A stretch of 64,000 nt of DNA from Candidatus Hydrogenedentota bacterium. Lineage in GTDB: Bacteria; Hydrogenedentota; Hydrogenedentia; Hydrogenedentales; JAEUWI01. Below are positions 49,033 to 58,630 of the stretch, piece after piece (position 1 is the stretch's first letter; the number at the start of each line of letters is the position of its first letter). The translations under genes were made by a program, and so were the position numbers. The notes under the pieces are model-generated. The model worked only from the letters and a program-made list of their open reading frames with translations. It had not been told where the DNA came from and searched no databases. Location of the stretch: positions 32,001 to 96,000 of the forward strand of contig JAXMOL010000008.1 in NCBI GenBank assembly GCA_034669905.1, given 5' to 3'.

Positions 49033-49770
49033 TTAGCACGGTCCGAGGGACACCCACTCCGCCACAAGTCCTACCAATTCTCCGTCGGACGCTGCGGACG
49101 AGAGAAACAGGGCAATGTCGGCTTGTGACTCGCCCTTTGTCCGGTCCAGGATAATGTCAGGCTTGCCATCGCGGTCCAAGTCACCTGCCCAAAGGATTTC
49201 TGGCTTCTCAAAAATATTGAGCTCGGCAACGGATACCAGTGTCTGACGCCGCGTGCTTTTCAGGGCGTTCTCAACGAGTATGCGCGCGTAGTTGTGAAAG
49301 CCGATTGTCGGACTCCCTTCAGGGATGATGGCCGTGCCCACTGCACGCACTTCAAAACGGGGCGCTTGTTTCCCTCTGTCGAGGGTTAAAGTCGTTGTTT
49401 CCCCGGGATAGAGGAAACGCCAGCTTCCCTCCGCCAGATGGGGAGATAGTAGTGGTCCCGCTCTAAAATAGTCTGCGCCTCGGACAATGGCGATAAAGTC
49501 ACGGTCATCAGGGACGGCAATCGAAAGCCCACTTGGCCCGTCGTCTGGCGACTGATAGATTGCCGGAATTGCCTTCACGGTAGTCGCGGTAGCCTCCAGT
49601 CTGAAGGCGAGACCATGACGTGCTATCCCCCACCAACCGTCTCCCGACGCGACCTCGTCGGCTTTGGAGTATTGACCTGGGATGGCCACCTGAATGGACT
49701 CTTCCGCCGGAGTCCCGTTCGTGGCGTTGAGCCAGCTGGAGAGCAACACAATGGTAGCTACTACGTTCAT
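49033..49770 (-). CDS. Secreted hypothetical protein, paralog 2
   Basis: Same motifs as 47923..48675 (SGDGWWG, VRAVGT, RRQTL, ILWAGDLDRDG, GELVG.VAEW); ends in Cys. Confidence 0.8.
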   Translation of the reverse strand: MNVVATIVLLSSWLNATNGTPAEESIQVAIPGQYSKADEVASGDGWWGIARHGLAFRLEATATTVKAIPAIYQSPDDGPSGLSIAVPDDRDFIAIVRGADYFRAGPLLSPHLAEGSWRFLYPGETTTLTLDRGKQAPRFEVRAVGTAIIPEGSPTIGFHNYARILVENALKSTRRQTLVSVAELNIFEKPEILWAGDLDRDGKPDIILDRTKGESQADIALFLSSAASDGELVGLVAEWVSLGPC

Positions 49771-49874
49771 GACCGTCTTGGCCCCCTCTCGGTAGCTAAT
49801 TCATAATCTCGAAAAACGTCTTGTGCTTCTACGATACCATTGGCACCACCCATGGGCAAGGGTGGTCTTCCGTT

Positions 49875-49996
49875 GCTCCAAGCGCACGAACTTCACCCGA
49901 CTCGTTTAGACTCGCAGGGAGAAGATCGCGCGGCACGGGGCCGTTGTTTGACGACGAGCTCACGGGCAAACCCTGGCGGGCCTGCCCGTGGCACCC
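49875..49996. repeat. 122-bp direct repeat (copy A)
   Basis: See copy B; offset 1109 bp. Confidence 0.95.
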
Positions 49997-50021
49997 AATG
50001 GTGAACTGTTGAAAGACTGGG

Positions 50022-51623
50022 CTACTCTGCCACCAATTCGTTAGCGGTGTAATACCCGTCGCTGTGATCGAGTTCCATGCCGTCGTTACTGCGGACCCCT
50101 TCGGCGTGGATTTCGTGGATGTAGTATTGGCGGATGGGGTCGGTCACGAGGCGTACTTCCATGCCGTCGTCGCTGAGGGTGGCGGACTTCACGGCGTGGG
50201 GTTGGGTGTCCACTTCCGGGCTGCCGTAGTTGGCGTGGTACATGAGGGTGTAGCTGCTCATGGTGTAGGACGCCACATCGGTGGCCGTCTCCGGTTTCAC
50301 GGGCTTGGTGAAGCGGAGGGTGAAGCCATCGGATTCGAGGCGCATCTGCTGGATCTCGAAGGGCACTTCGCCATTCCAGGTGACGCGGTCCATGCCGAAG
50401 GATTTGGTGCCGTAGGAGTTCCAGCCCCGGTTGCTCTCGCCCACCAGGAGGGAGCCATCTTTGCCCCAGTCCATGCGAAGCACAGCACTTTGGAATCCGT
50501 CGAGGAAGTTGAAGCAGGCCCCCTGGTATGTGCCGTTGACCTTTTCCATGTAAACCCGGGAGATGGCGGCGGTGGTGAAATCACCGACCAGGAGTTGTCC
50601 TTTGAAGGGGCCAAGCTGCTCGTCGTTTTCGATACAAAGCACGTCGGTGGTGCTCATGCCGACTTTCTTGTAGGGAAACCAGACGGCGGGCAGGGAGAGC
50701 ATGGGGAATTGGGCTTTCGCCTCTGGAAGCGGAATACCCGAGGGCACAGTCTCGGGCTTGGCGAAGGGCGCGCCGGGCAGGGCACAGTGTTTCAGCGAAT
50801 CCACGTGGCCGTAGAAGGCCCCCTTTCGGAGCAGGTGGAGCGAACCGGCCGGTATCCAGTTACCCTGCTGGTCGGTGAAGAAGACATCCCCTTCCAGGTT
50901 GGCCCCCAGGCCGGCGGGGGAGCGCATGCCGGCGCACATGGGCTCGAAGCGGCCATCGGGGTAGACCTTGCCGCCCCAGCCGCGCCAGGCGTCCTGCTTG
51001 GGGTAATTGGCCTTGCCCATGCCGATGTTGAGGGTCACCCACAGGCCACCGTCTTTACTGGGCACGGCCCCGTAGGCGTATTCGTGGTAGTTGCCGGTGA
51101 TGCCCCAGTCGCTGTTCACCGTGCGGTAGACATCGATGATGTCATCGCCGTTGGTGTCTTCGAGATGGGTCAGTTCGGGGCGTTGCACGACATAGAGTCC
51201 GTCATCTTGCTGAAGGAGGTCGAGGGGTTCATGAAGGGCCTCGGCGATCTTCTTGAAGGTCGTGGTGGCGGGGTCGTTGTCGTAGAGGCCGTCGATGAGC
51301 CAGACTTCGCCCTTGCGCAAGGCCACGGCCACGCGGCCGTCGTCGAGGACTTCCACGGCGCTGGCTTCGAAGATTTCGCCCTCGGGGGTGGAGATTGGGT
51401 AGAGGGTGTAGGCGGGGTTTGTCTCTGCGAAGACAGCAGGCGCGATAGCCAGCATCAAGACAAGAAGGAAGCTACTGCCGCAAGACACGGAACGCAGAAC
51501 GCTTCCGAGGCTCAAGGCACCCGACCGTGCGTAGCACGATCGGGTGGCACCATTGCGACTTTGTTGCCGACCTGCGAGAATCCTTCCACATACAAGTTTT
51601 TTTGTCTGCTCCGTCTTTACCAT
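50022..51623 (-). CDS. Secreted beta-propeller protein (PVC-type dehydrogenase-like partner of the cytochrome c)
   Basis: DTNGDDIID, GNYHEYAYG, GMRSPAG, TDQQGNW, GPFKGQLLVGD; start overlaps the upstream stop. Confidence 0.75.
   Translation of the reverse strand: MVKTEQTKKLVCGRILAGRQQSRNGATRSCYARSGALSLGSVLRSVSCGSSFLLVLMLAIAPAVFAETNPAYTLYPISTPEGEIFEASAVEVLDDGRVAVALRKGEVWLIDGLYDNDPATTTFKKIAEALHEPLDLLQQDDGLYVVQRPELTHLEDTNGDDIIDVYRTVNSDWGITGNYHEYAYGAVPSKDGGLWVTLNIGMGKANYPKQDAWRGWGGKVYPDGRFEPMCAGMRSPAGLGANLEGDVFFTDQQGNWIPAGSLHLLRKGAFYGHVDSLKHCALPGAPFAKPETVPSGIPLPEAKAQFPMLSLPAVWFPYKKVGMSTTDVLCIENDEQLGPFKGQLLVGDFTTAAISRVYMEKVNGTYQGACFNFLDGFQSAVLRMDWGKDGSLLVGESNRGWNSYGTKSFGMDRVTWNGEVPFEIQQMRLESDGFTLRFTKPVKPETATDVASYTMSSYTLMYHANYGSPEVDTQPHAVKSATLSDDGMEVRLVTDPIRQYYIHEIHAEGVRSNDGMELDHSDGYYTANELVAE
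51518..51551. repeat. REP-like hairpin inside the 5' region of 50022..51623
   Basis: cacccgaccgtgc-gta-gcacgatcgggtg-gcacc, with the same gtggcacc foot as the 36-bp REP. Confidence 0.55.
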
Positions 51624-53944
51624 GAGATCACCTGCTCGATGCTTGTTCCTGATTCGGTTACGGTGACGGGCAGGATCCAGCCTACCTCTTCGGGACCCGC
51701 TTCCACCGGCGTATCGGTGGCGACGTTAATCGTCAATTCGCCGATGCGAAACACCGCGCCGTTTTCTTTCTCGCCCACGCCAATGCGGACCCACTGGGTT
51801 TGGGGTGGCCCGGAAAGCACCCACTTGCGCCGGAGGGATTTGCCATCCTCTGCCGGACGGAGCGACTCTTCGATTCGGAGTGCCCCCCGTTGATATTGGA
51901 ATATGGGTACGCGGGCATCGTCCAATCGGTACCCGGTAAAGCGGAGCGCGTCGGCCGTCCAGGGCCCACTGGCTTCGGGTGCCAGGGAGGCGCCCGTGGG
52001 CAGCGACACGACCGATTCGCCCAAGGGCTTCACGAAGGGCGTGAAGCGATCGGCCTGGGCGGATTCGGCGTCGATGAAGCGGCCGCGCCACACGACGGCG
52101 GGGCGCATGGTCCGGGCGTCGTAGGCGAAGTGAATGCCCTCGGGGAAGCCCACGGCGATGGCGTAAGTCCCCACGTTTTCTATAAAGGTCCGGTGGACGA
52201 TGGGGTGCGTCGTGGGTTTCAACTCATAGTCCGCACCGTCTTCCATGCCCTCGGGGAGACGAATCTCTTTCACCTCGCGCAGGTAGACCCACAGGGCCTC
52301 GATTTGCTGCTGGGCATGGCCGTTGAAGAGTTTGCTGCCCTGGCTCTTGCCGTCAATAAAAAAGGCGGGCATGCGGGTACCGGGACGAAGGGAAGCGGGG
52401 TCGAGCATGTAGCGCAGGAACCATTCCGGGTTAAGGCGATCCGGCACGAAGGCCAGGTCGACGGCGGGGATACCGAGTGACTTGGTGCCATTCAGATTGT
52501 GGCAGGTCACACAGCCGAGACCATTGGTCCCCATCAGTTCCCGTCCGTAGTGGCTGCGGTGGTGAGGTAGCAGTCCCGTCACGTCCACAGGAAGGGGGGC
52601 CGTAACTTTATCGACGTCGTGGAGTGCCGACACCAGGGGCAACACGTTGTCTTCCCCGAAATGGGGCATACGGGTGGCCATATAAGGACGTACCCGTCCG
52701 TCGTCCGTGAGGATGGCTTCGAGCCAGGCGGGGGTCAGCTTGCTTCCCACACCGGTGAGGGTCGGGGGCAGTCGGCCTTCGTCGCCCAGGTCGAGGGCTT
52801 CGGTCTCCGTAAAGTAGGGGGCCCGGCCGGCTTCCGGTCCGCCGAGACCATTGCGATCATGGCAGGCGTAGCAATTGAGGGCCAGGACCGTGTGGTTTAT
52901 CCGGTCTGCCGCGGTGGGGGCATCCGTGGCTGGCGCTTCCGAAAACAGTGCCCGCAGGGCCGCCCGCTGATTTTCCGAAAGGGCAAACCAGGGCTGTTTT
53001 CCTGTCGCTTCGGGCGCGATGCAGCCCCCTGCTTCCAGACTTTCCGACGTGAGGGCCGAAGCCGCGAGGACTGAGTTTGTGCCGTCGATTTCGTGGCACG
53101 CCGCGCAACCCACGGTTTGGAACAGGGCCCGCCCGGCTTCCGCCTTGGCCGGGTCATAGGAAACTTCTGACGGTGGGGGCGTTGCTTCGTTGCGATAGAC
53201 CAACCAGGCCGCGATAGCCGCCGCTTCCTCTTCTGCCAACTGCAGGTCGGGCATGCGCCCACCGGGCCGCACATGGAGGGGATCGGCGAGAAACGCTGCG
53301 AGTGCCGCAGCGGAGGTCTTTTGCGCGAAATCGGGGAAGGGTACGGAAGGCACTTCACGTTCCGGCGCCTCCACAACAGTGTCAGCCTCCCAGAAGGGGT
53401 CATCGGAGTGGCCCGTGTTGGGGGCCTTGGTGGGCTCATGGCAGGCCACACAGCCAACGGAATGAAACAGCGCTTCACCCCGGGCCAACCGCGTGGCGTC
53501 CGGTTTGGCGCTGTCGGAGGCAAAGCTTCCGCCGAGACTGAGGAGGAAATGGGCCAGGACGTCGCTTGCGGTGGCCACGTCTTCCGGCGACTTCCCCGCG
53601 AAGAGGGCGGGCATGGTCGTGCCAGGCTTCACCGCGTGGGGTGCCGCGATAAAGGCCCGGAGGTAGTCAAAGCGTACCCGTTCCCCCACGCCTTCCAGCT
53701 TGGGTGCGATGCGTTTGGGAAAGGCCGACTGCTGCGCGGTGGCCAGGCCGTGGCAGGCGCTGCAGCTCAGTTCGTTGTAGAGCAACAGGCCGGACGACAC
53801 CCCCGTGTTGGCTTCCGAGCCGAAACGCTCAAAGCCGACCACCAAGGGTTCGGCGGTCGCAGGCAGGGCGACGGGCACGAGGCTCGCACCGAGAATTAGG
53901 GCAGCGCTGATTAATCGGGCTTGCAATGGATTCATCTCCCGCAT
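51617..53944 (-). CDS. Multiheme c-type cytochrome (5 CxxCH)
   Basis: CSACH, CVACH, CAACH, CYACH, CVTCH with PG..MP axial-Met motifs; signal peptide; start 53944 or 53935. Confidence 0.88.
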   Translation of the reverse strand: MREMNPLQARLISAALILGASLVPVALPATAEPLVVGFERFGSEANTGVSSGLLLYNELSCSACHGLATAQQSAFPKRIAPKLEGVGERVRFDYLRAFIAAPHAVKPGTTMPALFAGKSPEDVATASDVLAHFLLSLGGSFASDSAKPDATRLARGEALFHSVGCVACHEPTKAPNTGHSDDPFWEADTVVEAPEREVPSVPFPDFAQKTSAAALAAFLADPLHVRPGGRMPDLQLAEEEAAAIAAWLVYRNEATPPPSEVSYDPAKAEAGRALFQTVGCAACHEIDGTNSVLAASALTSESLEAGGCIAPEATGKQPWFALSENQRAALRALFSEAPATDAPTAADRINHTVLALNCYACHDRNGLGGPEAGRAPYFTETEALDLGDEGRLPPTLTGVGSKLTPAWLEAILTDDGRVRPYMATRMPHFGEDNVLPLVSALHDVDKVTAPLPVDVTGLLPHHRSHYGRELMGTNGLGCVTCHNLNGTKSLGIPAVDLAFVPDRLNPEWFLRYMLDPASLRPGTRMPAFFIDGKSQGSKLFNGHAQQQIEALWVYLREVKEIRLPEGMEDGADYELKPTTHPIVHRTFIENVGTYAIAVGFPEGIHFAYDARTMRPAVVWRGRFIDAESAQADRFTPFVKPLGESVVSLPTGASLAPEASGPWTADALRFTGYRLDDARVPIFQYQRGALRIEESLRPAEDGKSLRRKWVLSGPPQTQWVRIGVGEKENGAVFRIGELTINVATDTPVEAGPEEVGWILPVTVTESGTSIEQVISW

Positions 53945-54069
53945 GATTGCGTAAGTTTCTGGTCTATTCCACTCGTATGCATCGACCACATGTCCGGACG
54001 AACGGAACAACGGACATCACAGCGACGAAGGCGCGCGATGTGCACTACGTTCGGTCATTGCCTGTGTCA

Positions 54070-54165
54070 TGTGTTCGGACGCCCGACTCCAAGGCGCACC
54101 GCGGAAAACGTATTCCGTGCTCCATGCACACGAAATCTCGTAGCACTCGATATCGCGTGGCACAG
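54070..54165. repeat. Degenerate member of the dispersed intergenic repeat family
   Basis: tcggacgcccga...ggcgca...ctccatgcacacgaaatctcg...actcgatatcgcg aligns with the reverse complement of 13150-13240. Confidence 0.6.
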
Positions 54166-54212
54166 GAGTTTCGACGCTTCAACCCGGTCATAACTCAAGC
54201 CAGGACGTTCCG

Positions 54213-54779
54213 TTACTTTCCGTCGCGGGCGGCAATGAGGGCGTCGATCCAGGGGCGGAGGTATTTTCCGTTGTCGTGGAAGGTCCGTCCACTGAAGAGA
54301 TTGCCATCCACCACGGAAGGCGCATCCACGAAGGTACCACCGCACACTTCAAGATCAAATTTGCACTTGGGCACGGTAGCCATCCTGCGTCCGCGCACAC
54401 AATCTGCGTAGGCGGGAATCTCGACCCCGTGGCATACGCTGGCGATGGGCTTGTTCTCGGCGAAAAAGTGTTTCGTCACGCGGACGAGGTCTTCGTCATA
54501 GCGGATGTATTCGGGGGCACGACCACCGGAGAAGAAGATACCGGCGTACTCTTCGGGCTTGATGTCCTTGAAGGCAATGTCCGCCTGCAGGGTATAGCCC
54601 TCCCATTCCTTCGTGATGGTCCAGCCGGGTTTCACTTCGTGCATGACCATCTGGTAGCGGTGTACCTCGGGCCCGGCGACGACGGGTTCAAAGCCGTCTT
54701 CCTGCAATCGGTAATAGGGGTAAAGGGTATCGAGTGTTTCGGACGCGTCGCCGATGATGATAAGTACCTTGTTCGACAT
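54213..54779 (-). CDS. DJ-1/PfpI family protein
   Basis: SGGRAPEYIR, SVCHG nucleophile elbow, VVDGNL. Confidence 0.92.
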   Translation of the reverse strand: MSNKVLIIIGDASETLDTLYPYYRLQEDGFEPVVAGPEVHRYQMVMHEVKPGWTITKEWEGYTLQADIAFKDIKPEEYAGIFFSGGRAPEYIRYDEDLVRVTKHFFAENKPIASVCHGVEIPAYADCVRGRRMATVPKCKFDLEVCGGTFVDAPSVVDGNLFSGRTFHDNGKYLRPWIDALIAARDGK

Positions 54780-54826
54780 GTGAATTCTCCATTCGGTCAT
54801 TTCGCCACGAGGGCGTAGCAAGTCAT

Positions 54827-55180
54827 TTATGGGTTGGCTGGTGTTTCCGGTTCTTCTGTAGCGGGCGATGCTTCCGGTTTCGGCAATGGCTTCGTCGTTT
54901 CATTTGTGGGTTCAGGGGCCGGGTCTTCCATCTCAGCGGCCCGGCGCTCGGCCTTTCCCTGTAGCCGTTGCTCCCGCCAGCGTGCGGGCAGGTCGAAATA
55001 CGCGAGAACCTTGATGACGCAGAGGGCGATGATCATGATGGTGCCGATGATGGTCACGGGCCCACCAATCCCCAGACTCCAAAGCTTCTCCACGAGAAGG
55101 CCCGCAGCAATCTGGCTCATGATCACGAGGATCATGAGCCAGAAGTGTATGTCGATGCGTTGCTTCATGCCCACCTTCAC
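54827..55180 (-). CDS. Small two-TM membrane protein
   Basis: Two hydrophobic helices and a Pro/Glu tail; fits the operon spacing. Confidence 0.65.
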   Translation of the reverse strand: MKVGMKQRIDIHFWLMILVIMSQIAAGLLVEKLWSLGIGGPVTIIGTIMIIALCVIKVLAYFDLPARWREQRLQGKAERRAAEMEDPAPEPTNETTKPLPKPEASPATEEPETPANP

Positions 55181-55193
55181 ACTATGGTGCGGC

Positions 55194-56114
55194 TTACTTC
55201 AACCGCTTCAGGCAATCTTCCAGATACTCCTTCGACCGATTCAGGGCCGAGGTCGACTCGGGAATCGTCGGCATGATGGGAATACCACGGGGCGTTGGAT
55301 GCATGAAGACCGAAGTCCACCCGGCATAATTGATATCCTTGAGCCCCTGCAGGAGCGGCACAAAATCGAGTTGTCCGAAGCCGGGCAGCTGCTGCATTTC
55401 CCGGGCACGGGGCATAACGCCCACACTGCCGAAGCCGTGCTCCCAGGCATAGAAGTGACAAAGCTTTGGTCCGATATCACGGATCAGCTGTCCCTGTAAT
55501 TCTGCGTCCTGGGGAAGGTGATAGGGCGCGAAGGCAATGCCCAAACCCGGGCTCGTCGCCAGTTCGGCGAAGTAACGCAGGGAGTCGGGCTCATTAATCA
55601 AGGCGTTGCCGTGATTCTCAATGCCGAGAATAACCCCGGCCTCTTCGGCGGCGGCAGCCATGGGCTTAAGCTTTTCGACGAAGTCCTTTACGGCCCCCTT
55701 CAGGGCGGCGGCGTCTCCCTTGAATCCCGTGCTGCCCGCAATGACAATGCGCGCACCATGGCGACCGGCCAGGGCCAGCTCGTCTTGCAGCTTGAAGGGC
55801 CCGAGATCATATCGGGTCGTCATGCCCAGCTTTACGTTGTGCTCCGCCAGGAGGGCCATGAAGGCTTCTTCCCCCATGGTGTCGAGCTCTTCCCGCTGAC
55901 TACCGTGATTCTTGGGCCAGATGTCGATATGGGTCGCGCCCACCTTGGCCACTTCCGGCAGGATATCCTTAATGGGCAATTGGCCATAGAGACTCGATGC
56001 CAGGATATAGTCCAGCTTAAAACCTGCTGCGGCTTCGGCGGCCCCAAAGGGCAGGGTTGCCGCAGCGGCCGTTGCGGCCGAGTACTTCAGAAAATCACGG
56101 CGTGTAGAAGCCAT
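55194..56114 (-). CDS. Tat-exported sugar phosphate isomerase/epimerase family protein
   Basis: TRRDFLK; GIENH; PGFGQLDF. Confidence 0.87.
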   Translation of the reverse strand: MASTRRDFLKYSAATAAAATLPFGAAEAAAGFKLDYILASSLYGQLPIKDILPEVAKVGATHIDIWPKNHGSQREELDTMGEEAFMALLAEHNVKLGMTTRYDLGPFKLQDELALAGRHGARIVIAGSTGFKGDAAALKGAVKDFVEKLKPMAAAAEEAGVILGIENHGNALINEPDSLRYFAELATSPGLGIAFAPYHLPQDAELQGQLIRDIGPKLCHFYAWEHGFGSVGVMPRAREMQQLPGFGQLDFVPLLQGLKDINYAGWTSVFMHPTPRGIPIMPTIPESTSALNRSKEYLEDCLKRLK

Positions 56115-56129
56115 GGAATACCTCCTTGC

Positions 56130-57032
56130 TTACGCTTTGACTTTCATCTGGCCGTTCTTGACCATCTGGGCGAAAAGTTCACGTTGCTCAATCATGGCCT
56201 GGATGCCATCTTTGACCTTGGTGCGGCATTCCAGCAGAATCCAACCGTCGTAATCCATGGCCACGAAGTTGTCCATGAGCTGCTGATAGGGATAGTCCCC
56301 TACATTGAGCTCACGAATGTGGGCCGTGGCGCCGAAGCGATCTTTTACCAGATTGAAATTGTAATCGAGGCCCTCGCCGTTCAGGTCCTGGTCATTGGAA
56401 TTCCAGCACATGGCCACGTTGGGATTGTCGGCGATATCGAAGATGGCTTTCATGGTGGGCAGTTCGCAGCAGGAACCGTGGACTTCGACGCGAATCTGCT
56501 GTCCGTGATCGCCGGCGAACTTACCAACCTCATTGAGGGACTTGCCGATTTGTTCGATGGTCTTCTGACGGTCGACGCCTTCGTGGAAGCTGTTGGGCTT
56601 GACCTTTACGCCGGTGGCACCGATATCGTGGCTGAGCAGGATAAACTCTTTGGTGCCTTCGATGTTGGCCTTGAGTACGGCGGGGTCCGGATCATCGTAG
56701 TCCTGGTTGGTGCCGGGTCCGAGACAGGTAACGGGGCTATCGGCAAACTTCTTCTTTACTTCTTCCCGTTCGGCCTTGGAAATGGTGGGCTGTACGCCGT
56801 GGGCGTGTTCGGTGCGCAATTCCACACCGAGCACTTCGCTGGCGCTACAATTCTTGATGATGGTATCGAGGTCCCAGTGCTGGCCCCAGAGATAGGTCAC
56901 CAGGCCGAGCTTCATGTTGGCGCCGGGCAAAGCCTTTGCCTGGGCCGCCAGGGGGAAAAGCCCCCCACCGACCATGGCCGCAGCCGCCGCACCACTTGCC
57001 TGCACAAATTGACGTCGAGAAATAGATTTCAT
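56130..57032 (-). CDS. Tat-exported sugar phosphate isomerase/epimerase family protein
   Basis: SRRQFV; IRVEVHG; YDGWILLE. Confidence 0.87.
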   Translation of the reverse strand: MKSISRRQFVQASGAAAAAMVGGGLFPLAAQAKALPGANMKLGLVTYLWGQHWDLDTIIKNCSASEVLGVELRTEHAHGVQPTISKAEREEVKKKFADSPVTCLGPGTNQDYDDPDPAVLKANIEGTKEFILLSHDIGATGVKVKPNSFHEGVDRQKTIEQIGKSLNEVGKFAGDHGQQIRVEVHGSCCELPTMKAIFDIADNPNVAMCWNSNDQDLNGEGLDYNFNLVKDRFGATAHIRELNVGDYPYQQLMDNFVAMDYDGWILLECRTKVKDGIQAMIEQRELFAQMVKNGQMKVKA

Positions 57033-57184
57033 AAAGGCATACTCCCTGCCGGTTAAGCGATTGTGTTTATCAGTGCGGTGGCCTCGTTGTAGCGGCGCAA
57101 CCACGAAAGTGAGGATAGGCAATTTCCCTCGGAAAGATCCACCTTTCCCCACAATCAGGAGCGACACAACCCGATCCGGGGGCG

Positions 57185-58246
57185 TCAGGGTTGGCCAAAG
57201 AGACGCTTCGATTGGGTCATTTCTACGTCGGGCATGGACTCAAAGAGGGCGGGCGCGTATTGGATATCAATGGGCCCTTCACGCTCGCCGCGGTGCCAGG
57301 CCGCCAGCAGTTCGAGACCTTCAGCGGCGGCTTCCCGCACGGGCAACCAGAGATGGGCGCTGGCCTCCGGCAAGACGGCGACGTCGTTGCTATAGGTCCA
57401 GACGACTGTCTCGAAATCTTTTTTTATCTCCCGCCCTGCCCGTCGGGCGCCTTCCCGGATACTCCAGGCGTCTTCTGTGGCGCTGCAATCGATCAGGCCG
57501 GTCACCTTACCATCGACGAGCAATCGATGGACGATCAGGGCATTGTCCTTGGCTTTGAAATTCACCGACTGAATCAGCCGTTCGTCGGGGGTCAAACCTG
57601 CTTCTTCCAGCGCCCTGAGATAACCCCGTTCCCGGTCGATACCCGGCTGGGCATTGGCAAAGGCACGGACCATGGCGATGGACCGATGGCCGCGGTCAAT
57701 CAGGTACTTGGTACTGAGATAAGCACCGCGCTCGTAGTCTGCGGTGGCACTGCTACATTCTGGAAAGGAGTCCAACCGGCCCAGACTCAAATAGGGAATG
57801 CCGAAGCGATGGATACGGGGGATGGTGGTATCCCCGGGTGAGAGGGGATTCAGGAGCACACAGGCGGAAAAGAGGCTCTCCCATATGCTCCGTCCGTAGT
57901 CGGTGCCATTGCCCGGTGCGCAGGGGCTCATGTCGAAGCAGATGCGCTCCCCCCTGGACCCGAAAACCCGGTGCATCTCCCCGAAGAGCCACTGAATGAA
58001 AGGATGGCTCAGGGGGATGTCATCGGTCGTGGATGAACGAACCACGCCAATACACCCCGGTCTTCCCCCACGGAGCGCCCGGGCTCCGACATTGGGAAAG
58101 TAGCCAAGTTCATCGATGATACCCCGAATCCGTTCCCGGGTCGCGTCCCCCACCCCGGTCTTCCCATTGATAACCCGGCTGACCGTATTGGCAGAGACCT
58201 TGGCCCGCAGGGCCACGTCGTAGATAGTCGGTCGCTTTTTATCCAT
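57185..58246 (-). CDS. LacI family transcriptional regulator
   Basis: PTIYDVALRAKVSANTVSRVING...GYFPN..ARAL. Confidence 0.93.
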   Translation of the reverse strand: MDKKRPTIYDVALRAKVSANTVSRVINGKTGVGDATRERIRGIIDELGYFPNVGARALRGGRPGCIGVVRSSTTDDIPLSHPFIQWLFGEMHRVFGSRGERICFDMSPCAPGNGTDYGRSIWESLFSACVLLNPLSPGDTTIPRIHRFGIPYLSLGRLDSFPECSSATADYERGAYLSTKYLIDRGHRSIAMVRAFANAQPGIDRERGYLRALEEAGLTPDERLIQSVNFKAKDNALIVHRLLVDGKVTGLIDCSATEDAWSIREGARRAGREIKKDFETVVWTYSNDVAVLPEASAHLWLPVREAAAEGLELLAAWHRGEREGPIDIQYAPALFESMPDVEMTQSKRLFGQP

Positions 58247-58291
58247 GGTATCGCTTTCACGTGGTGGAATTCTTCCCCCTATGACTGGCAC

Positions 58292-58316
58292 CGTAACATT
58301 ATCGATAACGTTAAAT
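58292..58316. promoter_or_regulatory. Possible tandem LacI-type operator
   Basis: cgtaacattatc gataacgttaaat; central TAACGTTA palindrome just upstream of the LacI gene. Confidence 0.45.
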
Positions 58317-58454
58317 CAAGTATACTCCGTCGGAGCACAACCCTTCCCTGTAACAGCATACCCTCTATCATTCTATTGCCCCTTATTTACGGTCCTATTG
58401 CTCAAACCTTATTCACGCTTTCTGAACACTGTCAGAAATACCGATTCAAAACTA

Positions 58455-58483
58455 TTGACGGTTTACCCCATACCTGCTACCAT
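58455..58483 (+). promoter_or_regulatory. Sigma-70-type promoter
   Basis: TTGACG-N17-TACCAT upstream of 58631. Confidence 0.6.
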
Positions 58484-58630
58484 TTTGAGTTATCAATCAC
58501 TTTCCAGGTGCTTATGGTGTGATTTGACCCGTGGGGCATGGAGGACTCCCATCGCGTCTCAGCAGTACCCGTAGAAGACCCATCCTGCTTTATCTGGTAT
58601 TTTTGCTAATTCCAACGTGGAGAAAACCCA

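Noticed and set aside
47850..49996. CRISPR array or integron interpretation of the 36-bp repeats
   Set aside because: Spacing is ~1 kb and contains whole genes; no cas or intI gene; no attC core-site arrangement found
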